A stretch of DNA of 63,572 nucleotides, counting the filler, from Octopus bimaculoides (lineage: Eukaryota), in the NCBI RefSeq assembly GCF_001194135.2. It is 10 parts of 10 records of this genome, joined end to end, with 100 filler letters (N's around TTAATTAATTAA, not from the genome) between each part and the next. Parts side by side here need not be neighbours in the genome. Positions count along the whole stretch, not along the records: positions 23,336 to 27,449 come from NC_069001.1; positions 27,550 to 38,546 come from NW_026337437.1; 8 more parts are not named here. One strand, 5' to 3'. Positions 23,370 to 37,288 of this stretch are shown piece by piece. Positions within the stretch are counted from its first letter, which is position 1, and each line of letters starts with the position of its first letter. A program made the position numbers and the translations under genes. Below the pieces are notes generated by a model that saw only the letters and a list, made by a program, of their open reading frames with translations, searched no databases and was not told the DNA's origin.

Positions 23370-24302
23370 CTTTACCTCTTGGTATTAATACTACTTCTGC
23401 TGCTAATAAATATTTTTTATCAAGCTCACTGGCTAATTACAACACCGGTACCTGTTATTCTATATATTACTTGCTGAGAGATGAGTTGCTGCTATCCATA
23501 GCAGTCGAGCATCCATCATTGACTAGACCAAGGCAGGTCAAAATCCTGTGATCTGGTGGTCTTGCCACTGGAGGTAGCAGGTATTTCTCTCTCCACTAGC
23601 AATAGAAACAAGAGTGCATTTTGCACCAAAAAGCCAATACAAGAGTTATACCACAGTATAGTTTTTTCTAACAGTTCATCCACATTTAAGTGGAGATAGA
23701 TATTACCTCTTGGAATTAATACTGTCTCTGTCACTAATGAATATATATACATATATATATATTAGTACTAATAATAAAGACTATGGAGACTTTACATCCA
23801 CAGAATTTGTCTTATAGTTATATACAGCACATTACAATGACCTACACTTGTTTCCACTGCATATTATGGAATTACCCAATGGAAGAATTCACAGAGTGAC
23901 TAACAAATATCATTTCCCTTCATCTTGGTTTTAGAAGACAAGAATGGTTTGGAGATAGTGTCTTATTAATGGTGTAGCTGCACATATTTCTGTGCAGTTG
24001 TTACTATTGTAGAGGTGTGCAACAAATATTATTATTATTATTATTTGTTGAGTTCTGTGTATTCTTCCGAATTCTATGTATTCTTTTGTTGGTACACAGA
24101 ATGCAATTATTGCTGTAAATATGTGCACATATGCTGCTGTCTGTTGAGGTGTGTGCAGCTTATTGCAACATGTGTATGTGGTCGTGACCTGTGGTTTTAT
24201 TGTTGGCACAACTCTGTGCATTATGTTAGTCTGACAGGTTCTGTGTTCTTACTGTTGACACAACTGCACTCACATTAGCATTTGATAATTTTGTATTCAG
24301 TG

Positions 24303-24706
24303 AAGGCGGCGAGCTGGCAGAAACGTTAGCACACTGGGCAAAATGCTTATCAGTATTTCGTCTGCCGAGGTTGACCTTGCCTTTCATCTTTTGGGGGTCG
24401 ATAAATTAAGTACCAGTTACGCACTGGGGTCAATGTAATTGACTTAATCCCTTTGTCCTTGTTTGTTCCCTCTACGTTTAGCCCCTTGTGGGCAATAAAG
24501 AAATAAGAAACATTAGCATGCTGGGCTAAATGCTTAGCGGTATTTCGTCTGTCTTAACATTCTGAGTTCAAATTCCACCAAGGTCGACTTTACCTTTCAT
24601 CCTTTCAGGGTCGATAAATTGTGTACCAGTTGCATACTGGGGTCGATCTAATCAACTGGCCCCTCCTCCAAAATTTCGGGTCTTGTGCCTAGAGTAGAAA
24701 AGAATA
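24303..24706 (+). mobile_element. Complete dimeric family M SINE with 12-bp target-site duplication
   Basis: TTGTATTCAGTG at 24291-24302 and 24707-24718 brackets two head-plus-core units. Confidence 0.93.
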
Positions 24707-26036
24707 TTGTATTCAGTGACACATGGTTGGTGGCATTGCATTGTGTGTGCAATTGTTGTTGTTGACCTTATATGTGCACATGCTATTGTTGCATGCCAGT
24801 ACTAATGGCACATTTGTGCACACAATTGGGCTTGTGTGTATGCCATGAAGTGTGTCAATATCTTCTTAAACTGTCATGTTTTATATCAATAATGTAATCA
24901 ATATTCTCCAATGGATGTAGGAATGTTGTTATTGTATACCACTGGCATCTTCAGCCCATCCACCACTACCATTCACCCCACCACCACCACTACATCAAGT
25001 GTGTCCATTATATCTAGTTTGTTTCCTTTGTTGTTTGTTGTTGTTTATGTCCAGGTCAACTTTGGTCAAGCAGATGTATCTGATCAAAGATTTTTTTCCC
25101 ATGGACCATGCATGCAGGTCTGTCAACCAAATTTCCTTCAAATCTTCACCTACAATCTTATATAAAGAAGATGTTGGTTAAAACGATGAGCAAGTGATGA
25201 CTGAAACATCTTTGGTCCTACATCTGCTCAGTCAGGATTTGTAAAGGGACTAAACAATAAATAGTGTCTTTTTCCAAGAGAAGCAAATCTGGATTTGGAG
25301 GCAATTTGGCTGCTATTTCTAACAGTTTGAGCAACCACATAAAAAACTACTTTATTTGCATGGTTGATAAACTGAGTACCCATTGTGGCCTGTCAAGAAT
25401 TTTAGAAGTTAGGAAGTTCAATTTTAAGTTGGTTATTTAATAAATGTTGGGTCATTGTTGTGTTTGGTGTCACAACTCCACTTTTTCATTTCAATTTGAA
25501 GTCTGCCTTCCCTGCTTCATGGATTGTTTCATATCCTCATCCCCACCCCCTGGGATTGGAGCAACCAGACAGTGGTCAGTGTCTAGTGAGGGTTTCTAGA
25601 ATGCTAGATATTTGGGGGATTCATAATGTCTCCTTTGCAGTAGGTTAACTGCCATGGCCTATGTTCACTGTACCCTAATGGTGATGATCACTGTATCCTG
25701 GGAGCGAAGTTAGCTAAGACACATTTGTACTGAATTGGCAGGAGGAAATCCAAAAGTAAACTGAACCTGGTGACCAAACAAGTCATACGTCTGGACCTCC
25801 ACCTCAAAATGATGTGCTGGATTTCTGAGAAATTAATTATTAAGTTTCACATAGAATCAGCTACAATGATGTTTACATAACCACATAATTCCTCTCAAGT
25901 ATGGGGTGTCTTTAATAGTGAATATATATTCAAACTCTAACCACGTATGTATTCTCTTTGTGGTGAGTTGTAATATATATAAAAAATCAAAGAAGGAAAA
26001 TGCACACAACATAGTTTTAATATATTTTATACTGTT

Positions 26037-27000
26037 TGTCAACCAGTTTCGCTTTCGCTAATCATGACATTAAAATTTATTTAAATACGTATTTTCATAA
26101 GAAAAATTTTTTTGTCCATGTTTTGTGTGAAGTTTATGAATAAATGATTCAACAAGTAGAAAAATCTAAGGGGAGGTAATTGGTGATCATTATTATTGTG
26201 AACAGGGGAGATAATCTTTCGGTAGAGGGGGAGATTACATATACACAAAAATTCAAAGACTAGAGTAGTAGGGAGGAATATGTACAGTGATGGGTATGTA
26301 ATCATGAATTAAAATATGTATAGAGATCAAAGTTGGTTATGCGTGCATATTTAGATGTGTTCTGTATTTTTTGATGAATAAATTTTCTTTATTTAAACGT
26401 TCTTGTATAGAAATTGTATCTTTGCACTGAGAGAAGAGGGAAACTATGAAATTTGGTTTGGTGTTACCTGCACATCTCTCAATGTGTTCACTTAAAGGAA
26501 TCTGTCTGTATTGCGGGAACCAGATCTGCTCTTTATGTAGAGTGGTTCTCCGTCTCAATGTCATACTTGTCTGTCCTACATAGTGATGTCCACAGCCTGA
26601 GCAGGTTATTACATAAATTAGATTCTCAGAGGCACGAGTGAAGTTCATTTTAATTGTGAACCTCCCTCCTTGTTTGAAAAGGAAATCTGAGCCTTCAAGT
26701 AGGTTGGGGCACGTTCCACAGTTTGGGCATCCACATTTTTTAAACGTTGGTTTCGTGGTTGTTGTGTAAAGCTTTGCATTTGATGAATATTTGTGCTTTC
26801 AGGATGTTGTTCATTTTGAGGTTTCTAGTTAGTAAAGGAAGATTTTGCACAATAGTGTTGTATGCCTCATTGTTTCTAGGGCTGTGGGTTGATATATACA
26901 GTAGTGTTTTGAGATGAGGTATGGTGTTATGTTTTGCTGTCCTTAGTGTTTTTATGTCTAGTTTCTTGGCATGCTTAATTCCTTCATCTATAAATCATCA
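26037..27000 (-). mobile_element. Penelope-like element 3' part (Cys motif, GIY-YIG, 3' UTR)
   Basis: KKCGCPNCGTCPNL then NLIYVITCSGCGHHYVGQTSMTLRRRTTLH (ORF 26337-26648). A hammerhead-like relic lies at the UTR end. Confidence 0.9.
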
Positions 27001-27449
27001 TCATCATCATCATCGTTTAACGTCCGCTTTCCATGCTAGCATGGGTAGGACGATTTGACTGAGGACTGGTGAAACCGGATGGCAACACCAGGCTCCATCT
27101 AATTTGGCAGAGTTTCTACAGCTGGATGCCCTTCCTAACGCCAACCACTCAGAGAGTGTAGTGGGTGCTTTTAAGTGTCACCTGCACGAAAACGGCCACG
27201 CTCGAAATGGTGTCTTTTATGTGCCACCAGCACAAGAACCAGTCCATGGGGGCACTGGCAACGATCTTGCTCGAAAACCCTACAAGGCCAGTCAGGCGGT
27301 ACTGGCAACGGTCACGCTCAGGATGGTACATCTTATGTGCCACCCGCACAAGAGCCAGTCCAGGGGCCCTGGCAACGATCTCACTTGGCTTGCCGGGTCT
27401 TCTCACGCACAGCACATTTCCAAAGGTCTCGGTCAGTAGTCATCGTCTC
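27000..27449 (-). mobile_element. SINE-like family D element with internal ~62-bp repeats and (GAT)n tail
   Basis: Ends (minus strand) GGACGTTAAACGATGATGATG and carries about 3 copies of the unit seen at 1-293. The 5' end is in a gap. Confidence 0.8.
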
Positions 27450-27859
27450 NNNNNNNNNNNNNNNNNNNNNNNNNNNNNNNNNNNNNNNNNNNNTTAATTA
27501 ATTAANNNNNNNNNNNNNNNNNNNNNNNNNNNNNNNNNNNNNNNNNNNNGTATGTATGTATGTATGTATGTATGTATATACACATATACACATATACATA
27601 CATACATACATACACGACTGCTATAAAGCAGGAAAGTATACTAGACCTTATATATTTAATACNNNNNNNNNNGTATATATACACGCACATATACATATAT
27701 AAATATATATATACACATGTACATAAATATATACATACATACATACATACAGATAGACAGACAGATAGAAAGACAGACAGAGAAGATATTAATCGGCACG
27801 AAGTTACACTATCATTATTATTTCGTCCGTAAGCAGTACAACTCCTTTGTATTCTAATT

Positions 27860-29200
27860 TGGTGGTCAGCCTAATGCTCTCCCCTCCCGCATCGATTCAC
27901 GTAACCACTCGAATGCTGAGCTTCTCTTGACAATACGTCGAGAGTGTGCTGCCGAAGTATGAGAGCTTATCGACAGCGTTCAAGGTTTCCCCTTCAACAG
28001 TGATAGTTGCTTCAAAAAAAAAAAAAAAAGAAAAAAGGACTTCTTCGAGGCAGGTTGGTGTATGACTTTTGTCTTCTGAGTACTAATTGTAAAGCCATAA
28101 GTTGCAGCCGGCAGTGGAAAATCAGTTCATGTTCTGTTGCATCTGAGGCTCTGTGTTGGCGTTGAGTGCGCACTCGTTTGCGAAGAAGAAGTCGCGTACT
28201 GAGTCCTCTTCCACCTTGTCCTTGCTGCCCAGGTCTTCACCGAGGCTCTGTTTCACATTTTGCCGTTCCAATTTGCTGATATTTGGCCGTTCGTTTGCCA
28301 GGCTTCCCCAGTGTTCGTCTCCTGAGCTGGATGAGCGAGTCGAGTTCTGCGAGGATGAGTCTGTGATTTGTCTAGCATTCTATGCCACATATGGCCTTTG
28401 TTACCCTAACAACCTCCCTGTCCCATCTTCTGACTGTGGCATAGTCAATTAGATGCCAATGTTTCCTGCGAGGATGCATTCAGACGTCTTTTTGCGGTTG
28501 GACAGACGAAATGCTGTGTTGGTAATCAGCAGATCATGCGCTGCGTAGGTCTTCAATAGTAGATGATCGTTGCTGTTGCTCTAACTCCGTTCCTCCTAAT
28601 GACTCTCTCTCATGCCTGGTAGTCTGCACCAGCTATGGTGTTGAAGTCGCCGAGGACGACGCGATTGTCCCATGAGAGCTTCCAATCTTCATAAAACCTA
28701 TTTATAGCCTCCCTTGAGTTAGTCATCGTAGGAGTGTAGGCACTGATGATGGTAGCATGGCACTTTCCTCTGAGGGAGAATCGCAGTCGGTCATTCAGTT
28801 CTTTGAGAAGGCTGGTTAACTTGCTGATCAGACTAGATCTGATGGTAAAACTCACTCCTGCATCGCGACGGTCATCGCTGTTGCGGCCACTCTAGAGGAA
28901 GATGTAACTGATTTTGACGTCAGTCACTAAACTTTGTCTGAAACTTGGTCTTGCTCAGTGTCCCAATGTGGATTTTGTGCTGCCGAGTTTTCTTGTGTTA
29001 AGTGCTGTCCGTCTCGCAGGTCTGTTTGCTTTGAAGCTGTCAATGAACATTCACGCATTCCATGTGCCAATGGAGAGCGATATCACCAATGTTTTCGTCT
29101 TGGTATTTCGACCGCATGTTTGGGAGCCCCGCCTGCCGCAGTATGCATACAGAAGAGAGCTAGGGATCAGATGAGTACCAAAGCGGACGAACTATACCGA
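27860..29200 (-). mobile_element. RTE-clade LINE with large internal deletions (APE plus RT fragments)
   Basis: SIGTWNA, RPARRTAL, SGRNSDDRRDAGVSFTIRS, IISAYTPT, VLGDFN (APE); then KVEEDSVRDFFFANECAL (degenerate FADD) and VDKLSYFGSTL (RT). Confidence 0.88.
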
Positions 29201-32200
29201 AAACCACCACATGTTCCACCCATCAGAGGTGCGCCCCCATTCACGCGCCTCCTTCCCACATACATACTTACAGACATACATACATACATGCATACATACA
29301 TACATAGACAGAGATAAGGAAGTACTTAGACAGATAGGCAGACAGATAAATAGATAGATTGACTGATNNNNNNNNNNNNNNNNNNNNNNNNNNNNNNNNN
29401 NNNNNNNNNNNNNNNNNNNNNNNNNNNNNNNNNNNNNNNNNNNNNNNNNNNNNNNNNNNNNNNNNNNNNNNNNNNNNNNNNNNNNNNNNNNNNNNNNNNN
29501 NNNNNNNNNNNNNNNNNNNNNNNNNNNNNNNNNNNNNNNNNNNNNNNNNNNNNNNNNNNNNNNNNNNNNNNNNNNNNNNNNNNNNNNNNNNNNNNNNNNN
29601 NNNNNNNNNNNNNNNNNNNNNNNNNNNNNNNNNNNNNNNNNNNNNNNNNNNNNNNNNNNNNNNNNNNNNNNNNNNNNNNNNNNNNNNNNNNNNNNNNNNN
29701 NNNNNNNNNNNNNNNNNNNNNNNNNNNNNNNNNNNNNNNNNNNNNNNNNNNNNNNNNNNNNNNNNNNNNNNNNNNNNNNNNNNNNNNNNNNNNNNNNNNN
29801 NNNNNNNNNNNNNNNNNNNNNNNNNNNNNNNNNNNNNNNNNNNNNNNNNNNNNNNNNNNNNNNNNNNNNNNNNNNNNNNNNNNNNNNNNNNNNNNNNNNN
29901 NNNNNNNNNNNNNNNNNNNNNNNNNNNNNNNNNNNNNNNNNNNNNNNNNNNNNNNNNNNNNNNNNNNNNNNNNNNNNNNNNNNNNNNNNNNNNNNNNNNN
30001 NNNNNTATAATACTCACTATGCTCCTGCAGTATATCGAACATCTAATGAAGGATGTTGATTTATTATAGAAGCAGCTTTTAATTGCTCAGACGCTTTGAG
30101 CAACAAACACTTTTTATTAAAACTAGCAGAAAGACCACCCTCCGGGCGCTTTTCTGCTAGACGCTTGATAATATTTTCACATTTGATTCCCAATTCTGTA
30201 GGCTTTGCAATATGAACAAACATTGTTAGAGACTGCCTGCATTGTGTGGCTACATTAGACAGGACAGCCTTTTCTTGAAAATTATCGAAACTGGCTTTCA
30301 TTACTAATCCTTTAACAGAATTCTTCCTAGTTTGAAAATTTTGTCGTCTGTACTCCTGCTGTAAATACTTGCTTTCGTCTCTCAGCAGGTGTTAGCGTAG
30401 GTGTTTCTGTTTTTCTCTTAGTGAAGTTGAGAAGGCATTCCATTTGATACTGATTATCAAGGCTTATAGCGTTCCAAACAGCCATACCAACAAAATCACT
30501 TCTTAAAGCGGTATATTAAAAATTTTCATTTTATCAAAAATATTCATTTAACAAACTCCGGAAACTGATATTATTATTGAAATTGTGCCCCGTATCATGA
30601 GCCCAAAAGTTATACACTTATTTTGTCTAATAGCATTCATTTATTCAATAAATATTTTTTTTTACATTACATGTATAGAATAAACTGTGAGTTTTGTAAA
30701 TAGCGAATTAAAATTTCAAATGAAAGCGTTGAAATGAATATACATTAAATTATCAGGAATGAAAATAGAGGCGAGAGAGAGAGAATGAGAGACTGTTGGA
30801 AATGAAAACGGTAAATTTCGCCCGCAACGAATCAATATTGTTTATTAAACATTAAAATCTACTTCACAGTGAGTGCAACGAATATTTAGATTTGTGAAAA
30901 ACTTGTAGTTCAAATATTCAATAAACTTCAGAAAACGAAATTACAGGAAATTTCTCGGAACATAAATTTGTAAAAATAATTCCAGACGGTCAAACTTTTA
31001 AGAATTGCTCTCTTTTAGTAACTGTTACTTACCTAACTAATAAGCAGCTTTCTCCATTAAGATATAGATACTCATCATGAATATACAATATATTGAATAT
31101 CAACTGAAGAATAAATGTTGCTTTATTACAAAAATAATTTTAAATGCTCGAATATTTTAATACCAAGGCTTATTTTTTTTTTTATCAAAATACTCACAAT
31201 GTGCACCTAATGAAGAATACATGTTACTTTATTATAGAAGTTATTTGAACAGATGTTCAAACATTTTGAAATCACTAAACTAGATTCTTATTAAAATACT
31301 CACCATGTCTCTTGATATATTCTGTTCAGGTACGCATGAGTTATATGTTAGGTAACAATTGTTTTCTGTTCATCATTTTGATTGTTATTTAACGTTATTG
31401 TTATTTCTTTTTTACTGTCAGAATTATTTAAGATAAATTATTCTGTAGAAATACATGGAGAGTGAGGAATGTTTCTGGTTGGGCTCCCCAGGTTTTCTGT
31501 ACGGGAATCGCCTGACTAAAAGTTCATACAGTTACAGTAACACTACCGCACACCTTGTAACTATGTTATGCGACCAACCAGCATGTTACATTGGGTGTTT
31601 AAGAACTTAAAGATGTATAAAACATCCCCATAAACACTGAAAGCAAAGTGAAGATGACTCTCATTTCAGTCTAGTTCCCAGCTCCTTCGGTACGCCCCCT
31701 GGCGCACACATTCCCTAGCCTCTAACCACTGCGAAAGGTTGAAAGAGACTGAAGGTATTTGAAACCCAAATCTCCGAGAAACGTTATCGATATTATGACG
31801 TCATAATCACAAAAGAGAAAAATTCCGATTTCTTTGGACAAGATGAAATACGCTTAAATCTTACACACACAAATACACACACACACACACACACACACGC
31901 GCGCGTACACACGCACATGAATACGTGCATAAATACACACATATAGACACAAATACACACAAATTCACGCAGATACACGCATACGCATATACACATGCAC
32001 AGACACATACAAACCCACAAACATACAATCACACACAAACATACATTCGCACGCACACACACCAATACACACATATACACACATGTATGTATGTATATAT
32101 GTATGCATGTATGTATGTCATTATTCAGTTTTCAGTTTTATATCAAAATTTCTCGCCAATAGAGAAAGAGCCGGTTTCTAACCTAGATCCAAGGCTCCTT

Positions 32201-32250
32201 CATTGGAATTTCATCATCAACAACAAGCTATTTTTGTATGTGTGTATTTA

Positions 32251-32286
<36 letters not shown>

Positions 32287-32699
32287 TGTATGTATTTATA
32301 TGTGCAGATTTGTATGTTTTACTTTATGTATGTATTCTCATGTACATAGTTGCATATCTAGACATTCTCATATATATTTAAATGTTAACAAAACAATTGC
32401 AGCGTGGAAGGTGTTTATAAGCCATTTAAGAAACACACTAAAACCGATAGATTCACTTCAACATTTAAATTTAATTTGCCAAAATATTTTCGTCTCTTTG
32501 AGACCGCTACCTATTCACTGACAAAATTCCGTGCTAGATTTTTACCGTTCCAGTGATGGATTGAATCTGTACACTTCGAATTAGCTTTCTCCTTTTTGGT
32601 TTTGAGGAGTCTATTTTCTCATGATTGGCATTTAGGCAGTGTGTTACATATCGCAGGACCGGACCACAATAATTACAGGTATGAACCTGAAATTGTAAT

Positions 32700-33552
32700 C
32701 TGGATAGAGTTACTGCAGATTTTCAAGACAAAATGTTATCTAGATACATTTTGACTCCATCTAAATCGTTAAATGTTTTTTTCTTACAATGAGTTCTGTA
32801 GAGACAAAAACAAGTCGAATGACTCAATATTAGAAGAATATGGTGGATGGGGTAAGTTCATGTAACTTTGCTCGGGTAGCCAAAACACATGTGGTCAGGC
32901 ATTGTCTTTTTGGCAATCTCCGGCTTCAATTCTTTGATTTTTTTTATTATTCAAATCAACCAGCTGACGACAGTACACATCAGAATTAATGGTCTCGTTT
33001 AGAGGGAAAAGCTCATAATAAATAATGCCTTTATGATCCCACCAAACACAAAGTATAGCTTTTCTTACGCAAACTCCAGGATCTTTTTCGCACTACGTTT
33101 TCGTACAAAATCCATTTTTCATCTCCAGTCACAAGTTGTTTAAAAAAAGGCATACTTTCATTCCATTTCAAAAGTAAATCACAAACGGAATAATGGTCCA
33201 TGCAATTCTTTTCTGAGAGTTTGTGAAGAACCTATACATTATAGCAAGAAATGTATCCTAGCTTTACTAAGTGTTCATCAGCCGTACTTTTAGAAACTTC
33301 TCTGCAAGTTCTCTAGTCATGATATTTGAGTGTTCTTCAATGTTGGGGTTCAAAACATCTTCATCTAATTTTGAAGGTATTCCAAACTAAACTCTCCAGC
33401 TTTAAATTTTGCAAACCACCTTCGAACAGCTGATTTGCCTAGCATCATCTCCATAAACTTCACAAATGTTTTTACAAGTCTTTGCAGCATTTTCTCCTTT
33501 TTTTTTTAAAGAAAAGCATTACATCGCAAATATGAAGATTCTGGTTATCCAT
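32700..33552 (-). mobile_element. Decayed mariner (DD34D-type) transposase
   Basis: Start codon at 33552; KGENAAKTCKNICEVYGDDA, LVTGDEKWILYEN (33112-33132 region), LCVWWDHK.IIYYEL and SLQNSL. Frameshifts and deletions. Confidence 0.9.
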
Positions 33553-33690
33553 TTCAAATGTCAATAGAGGGTAACCGGAATGAAAGACAAATCTATTTTT
33601 AGGAACAAAGAAGAGATGTACAATCACTTCAAGTAACGCCAAAGTTTTAATTGTGTTACGTTTCAGGTGTGTTCAATGAAGAGTCGAATA

Positions 33691-33755
<65 letters not shown>

Positions 33756-33802
33756 NNNNNNNNNNNNNNNNNNNNNNNNNNNNNNNNNNNNNNNNNNNNN
33801 NN

Positions 33803-33843
<41 letters not shown>

Positions 33844-34025
33844 TATTTATGCATGTATGTACAACTGGATATACACCATGCTTTAGCAGTTCCTGTGTTC
33901 TACATACACTCAGATCCCGGAGATATAGGAGATAATATTTTCTCAAGGTGCTGCATGGTGGGTTTGAACACGAAACCACGTCGGTTGCAAAAGGAACAGC
34001 TTAAACTCACAGCCATATTTACACT

Positions 34026-34112
<87 letters not shown>

Positions 34113-35055
34113 GATTGCATCCTTGGGCAAGGCACTTTACTTCTCATTGGTCAAATCTACTCAGCTGAAAATGAGTACCAGCTACGTGCTGGTGAAGCCC
34201 TTTTTCACAGTAGCTGTTAGCATCCTGAATGCGCCACTGGATCAAAGCATGACATGTCGAGACGGGGGTCTGTGACTCCATAAACCTTGTTTCGTCAGCC
34301 GTCAGAATTGATGCAGTTCTCTGTAACTTTAGCAAACATGAAACGTGACTTTGATCGTCTGCTGGGTTTTAGGTGCAAAGGTCGAGAAGGCGTGCTTGTC
34401 TGTTGGTGACTGGTGACTACAGGTGAACCTAAAGCAGTAGCGAAGACTTAGTAAACGAGAAAACTGTTTCTCTAGCTACCACGTTATATTTGATGATCAG
34501 TGGTTTTATAGTTGTTACAACTATAACGTGGGGGGAAGATCAGAAAGTGTACACAGCACACACAATACTTTGTGGTAAGTAGTTGTAGTAAAGACGAAAA
34601 TATATAATTAACTTTTAGACGAAATAATTAGCCATAAAATAAAAGCTTTATCAGGATCAGAATAAATTGCTTCACGTTATTCTGGCGCAATAACGACCCT
34701 ACCAGCTCGTTGCCTTTATATTTAATCGTAATATGAAAGCATTATCGGGACAGTGTAAAATATTTTATCACAAAATGATCAACTTAAATGTAGGTACAAA
34801 AGTCGTCTCCCTTGCACTGTAACAACACGAATAGGTTTCGTTATTAACGTAGGTAACATTCAAATAACTATAGAAATTGCTAATCGAAAGCAGATGAAGA
34901 TACACAAGGGAAGAATTGATATAAAATATATCGTGATTAATTATGCAATAATTTTCCACTAGTAAGAGAGAGACAGGTATTGGATATTAGATGACAGTAA
35001 GGTAAATTACACCTATAAATGAGATGACAAATAAATTAGTCAGAAAGTGTACTTA

Positions 35056-35505
35056 CAGCGCTGGATTAACCATTAAGCAAAATAAGCACGTTCTTAGGGC
35101 ATCGAGGGACGGAGGCCCCACAGAAATGAAAATGGTTTACGACACGAAAGAAATCACTTTAAACTTGCTAAAATAATATTCGTAATGCTTTATCTCTACC
35201 AAGTATAGAAGAAGTTTTATGTAAAATTAATTTTCACAATATAATCGAAGACTTTGCAATTAAAGTTTAAAAAACGAAGGAGAAAAGTTTTCAAATGTAA
35301 ATAAAGTGGAAGTATACAAAAATAAACATTATTTTCCATCTTAATGTTAGTTTTGTTTCATTTTGAAAAATGCAAATTTATTCTATGGTTTATTATTGTT
35401 TATATTTTAAATTATTTTGTTTACATTTTGAACCATTTACATATACTTGAGGGCACCAAAACCTTTTAAGTGCTTAGATCCTCTATGGGTCTCAATCCGA
35501 CCCTG
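35056..35505. mobile_element. 450-bp hAT-type MITE with perfect 8-bp TSD
   Basis: Ends CAGCGCTGGATT / AATCCGACCCTG; TGTACTTA at 35048-55 and 35506-13. A homologous copy lies inverted at 43119-43523. Confidence 0.92.
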
Positions 35506-35543
35506 TGTACTTATATAGCTACATTTAACAGAGATCATCAGGT

Positions 35544-35638
35544 GCCTAGGTAACGCAGTAGGCAGCGCGTCAGTCTCACCATCAAACAACGTATTTGGAG
35601 GAATCTGAATGTTGTGAGTGTGATCCTCACCTGGGGCA
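35544..35638 (+). pseudogene. Intron-containing tRNA-Met pseudogene
   Basis: Collinear with 37722-37816 including a 22-nt intron (35581-35602). Anticodon changed to CAC, B-box GTGTGATCC, D-stem substitution. Confidence 0.85.
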
Positions 35639-35799
35639 CTTATTTCCAAAATAGTTATTTGAATAACTTTATAGTCTGGTGTCACAGAAGGTCCGTTTCA
35701 TAAACAGAGGTGCAGATATTTATCAGAAAGCACCCCCGATAATGTACAGAAACTCTCTATAGAGTTCATAGAAGAAGAAAAATCCGAAATACTCCATGT

Positions 35800-36387
35800 C
35801 AATATATATATGTATCGCCTTCAAAGTCTTCTCCATTTGAAGCAATGCATCGGTCCAGGTGCGTTTTCCTCTGTTCGAAATAGTGCTGGAACTCTTGCGA
35901 AGTGATGCCTATTAACGCATCCATCGTTTTTTTTTTTTTTTTCATCACCTCTTATTTATCTGTAAATTCCGTAACACCAGCTCTCGTCACCGGTGATGAA
36001 AAAGGTCCGGATCTACTTCCAACTCTTCTTTCTGTTCACGATACGCATTCAGTCGTGACTGCTTTTGATCTTCCGTGAGCGAGCTAGGCACACATTTTGT
36101 TGCAATTCTTTTCATTCGTGATTCCTCGCTCAAAATTCGTTGGCAGGAGCTCCAGAACAGACCAGTCATATCAACAAGTTCGTCAATTATTCGGCGATGG
36201 AAGCACGCTGTTCTTTCGTTTCAGGCATCGCAAGAGTCAACGAAGAGGGGAGAAACACTGCAAAACAAAGTTGCACCTCGTTGGCAGTACGACTCCAATC
36301 GCCGACGCCGGTCGGTAGACTGATGACCGAGGGTCACATCAAGTGACTCTTAGCGGCAGAAGCCTGAACTACAACTATTCTTTTATT
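35800..36387 (-). mobile_element. Internally deleted mariner transposon relic
   Basis: CQRILSEESRMKRIATKCVP..LTEDQKQSR, ITGDESW, then a jump to the C-terminal DRCIASNGEDFEGD. Confidence 0.88.
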
Positions 36388-37070
36388 NNNNNNNNNNNNN
36401 NNNNNNNNNNNNNNNNNNNNNNNNNNNNNNNNNNNNNNNNNNNNNNNNNNNNNNNNNNNNNNNNNNNNNNNNNNNNNNNNNNNNNNNNNNNNNNNNNNNN
36501 NNNNNNNNNNNNNNNNNNNNNNNNNNNNNNNNNNNNNNNNNNNNNNNNNNNNNNNNNNNNNNNNNNNNNNNNNNNNNNNNNNNNNNNNNNNNNNNNNNNN
36601 NNNNNNNNNNNNNNNNNNNNNNNNNNNNNNNNNNNNNNNNNNNNNNNNNNNNNNNNNNNNNNNNNNNNNNNNNNNNNNNNNNNNNNNNNNNNNNNNNNNN
36701 NNNNNNNNNNNNNNNNNNNNNNNNNNNNNNNNNNNNNNNNNNNNNNNNNNNNNNNNNNNNNNNNNNNNNNNNNNNNNNNNNNNNNNNNNNNNNNNNNNNN
36801 NNNNNNNNNNNNNNNNNNNNNNNNNNNNNNNNNNNNNNNNNNNNNNNNNNNNNNNNNNNNNNNNNNNNNNNNNNNNNNNNNNNNNNNNNNNNNNNNNNNN
36901 NNNNNNNNNNNNNNNNNNNNNNNNNNNNNNNNNNATAGCTATTTGATTGTTATCTACCAGAAGATATGTTGCTAAGCATTTTATCCGGCGCACTCACGTT
37001 TCTGCCACCTCACCAAAAGTATCGGAATAAGAGCAAAATTGTTTATTTCACAATATGTTCATAGTGAATA

Positions 37071-37288
37071 AGGAGATGAGCTGGAAGAATTGTTACTGCG
37101 CTGGGCAAAATGCTTTGCGGCATTTCTTTCGTTTTTTACGTTTTGAGTTCAAATCCCACCGTGGTCAACTTTGCCTTACATCCTTTCGGGGTCGGTAAAA
37201 TAAGTACCAGTTGAACACTGGGAGTTGATGTAATCGACTTACCCACTACCCCGAACTTGCTGACCTTGTGTCAATATCGGAAACCAAT
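37071..37288 (+). mobile_element. Family M SINE monomer
   Basis: B-box GAGTTCAAATCCC and core CATCCTTTCGGGGTCGGTAAAATAAGTACCAG. Confidence 0.85.

Noticed and set aside
34280-34430. Minus-strand acceptor and candidate exon
   Set aside because: All frames stop within about 45 codons, with no convincing donor or homology.
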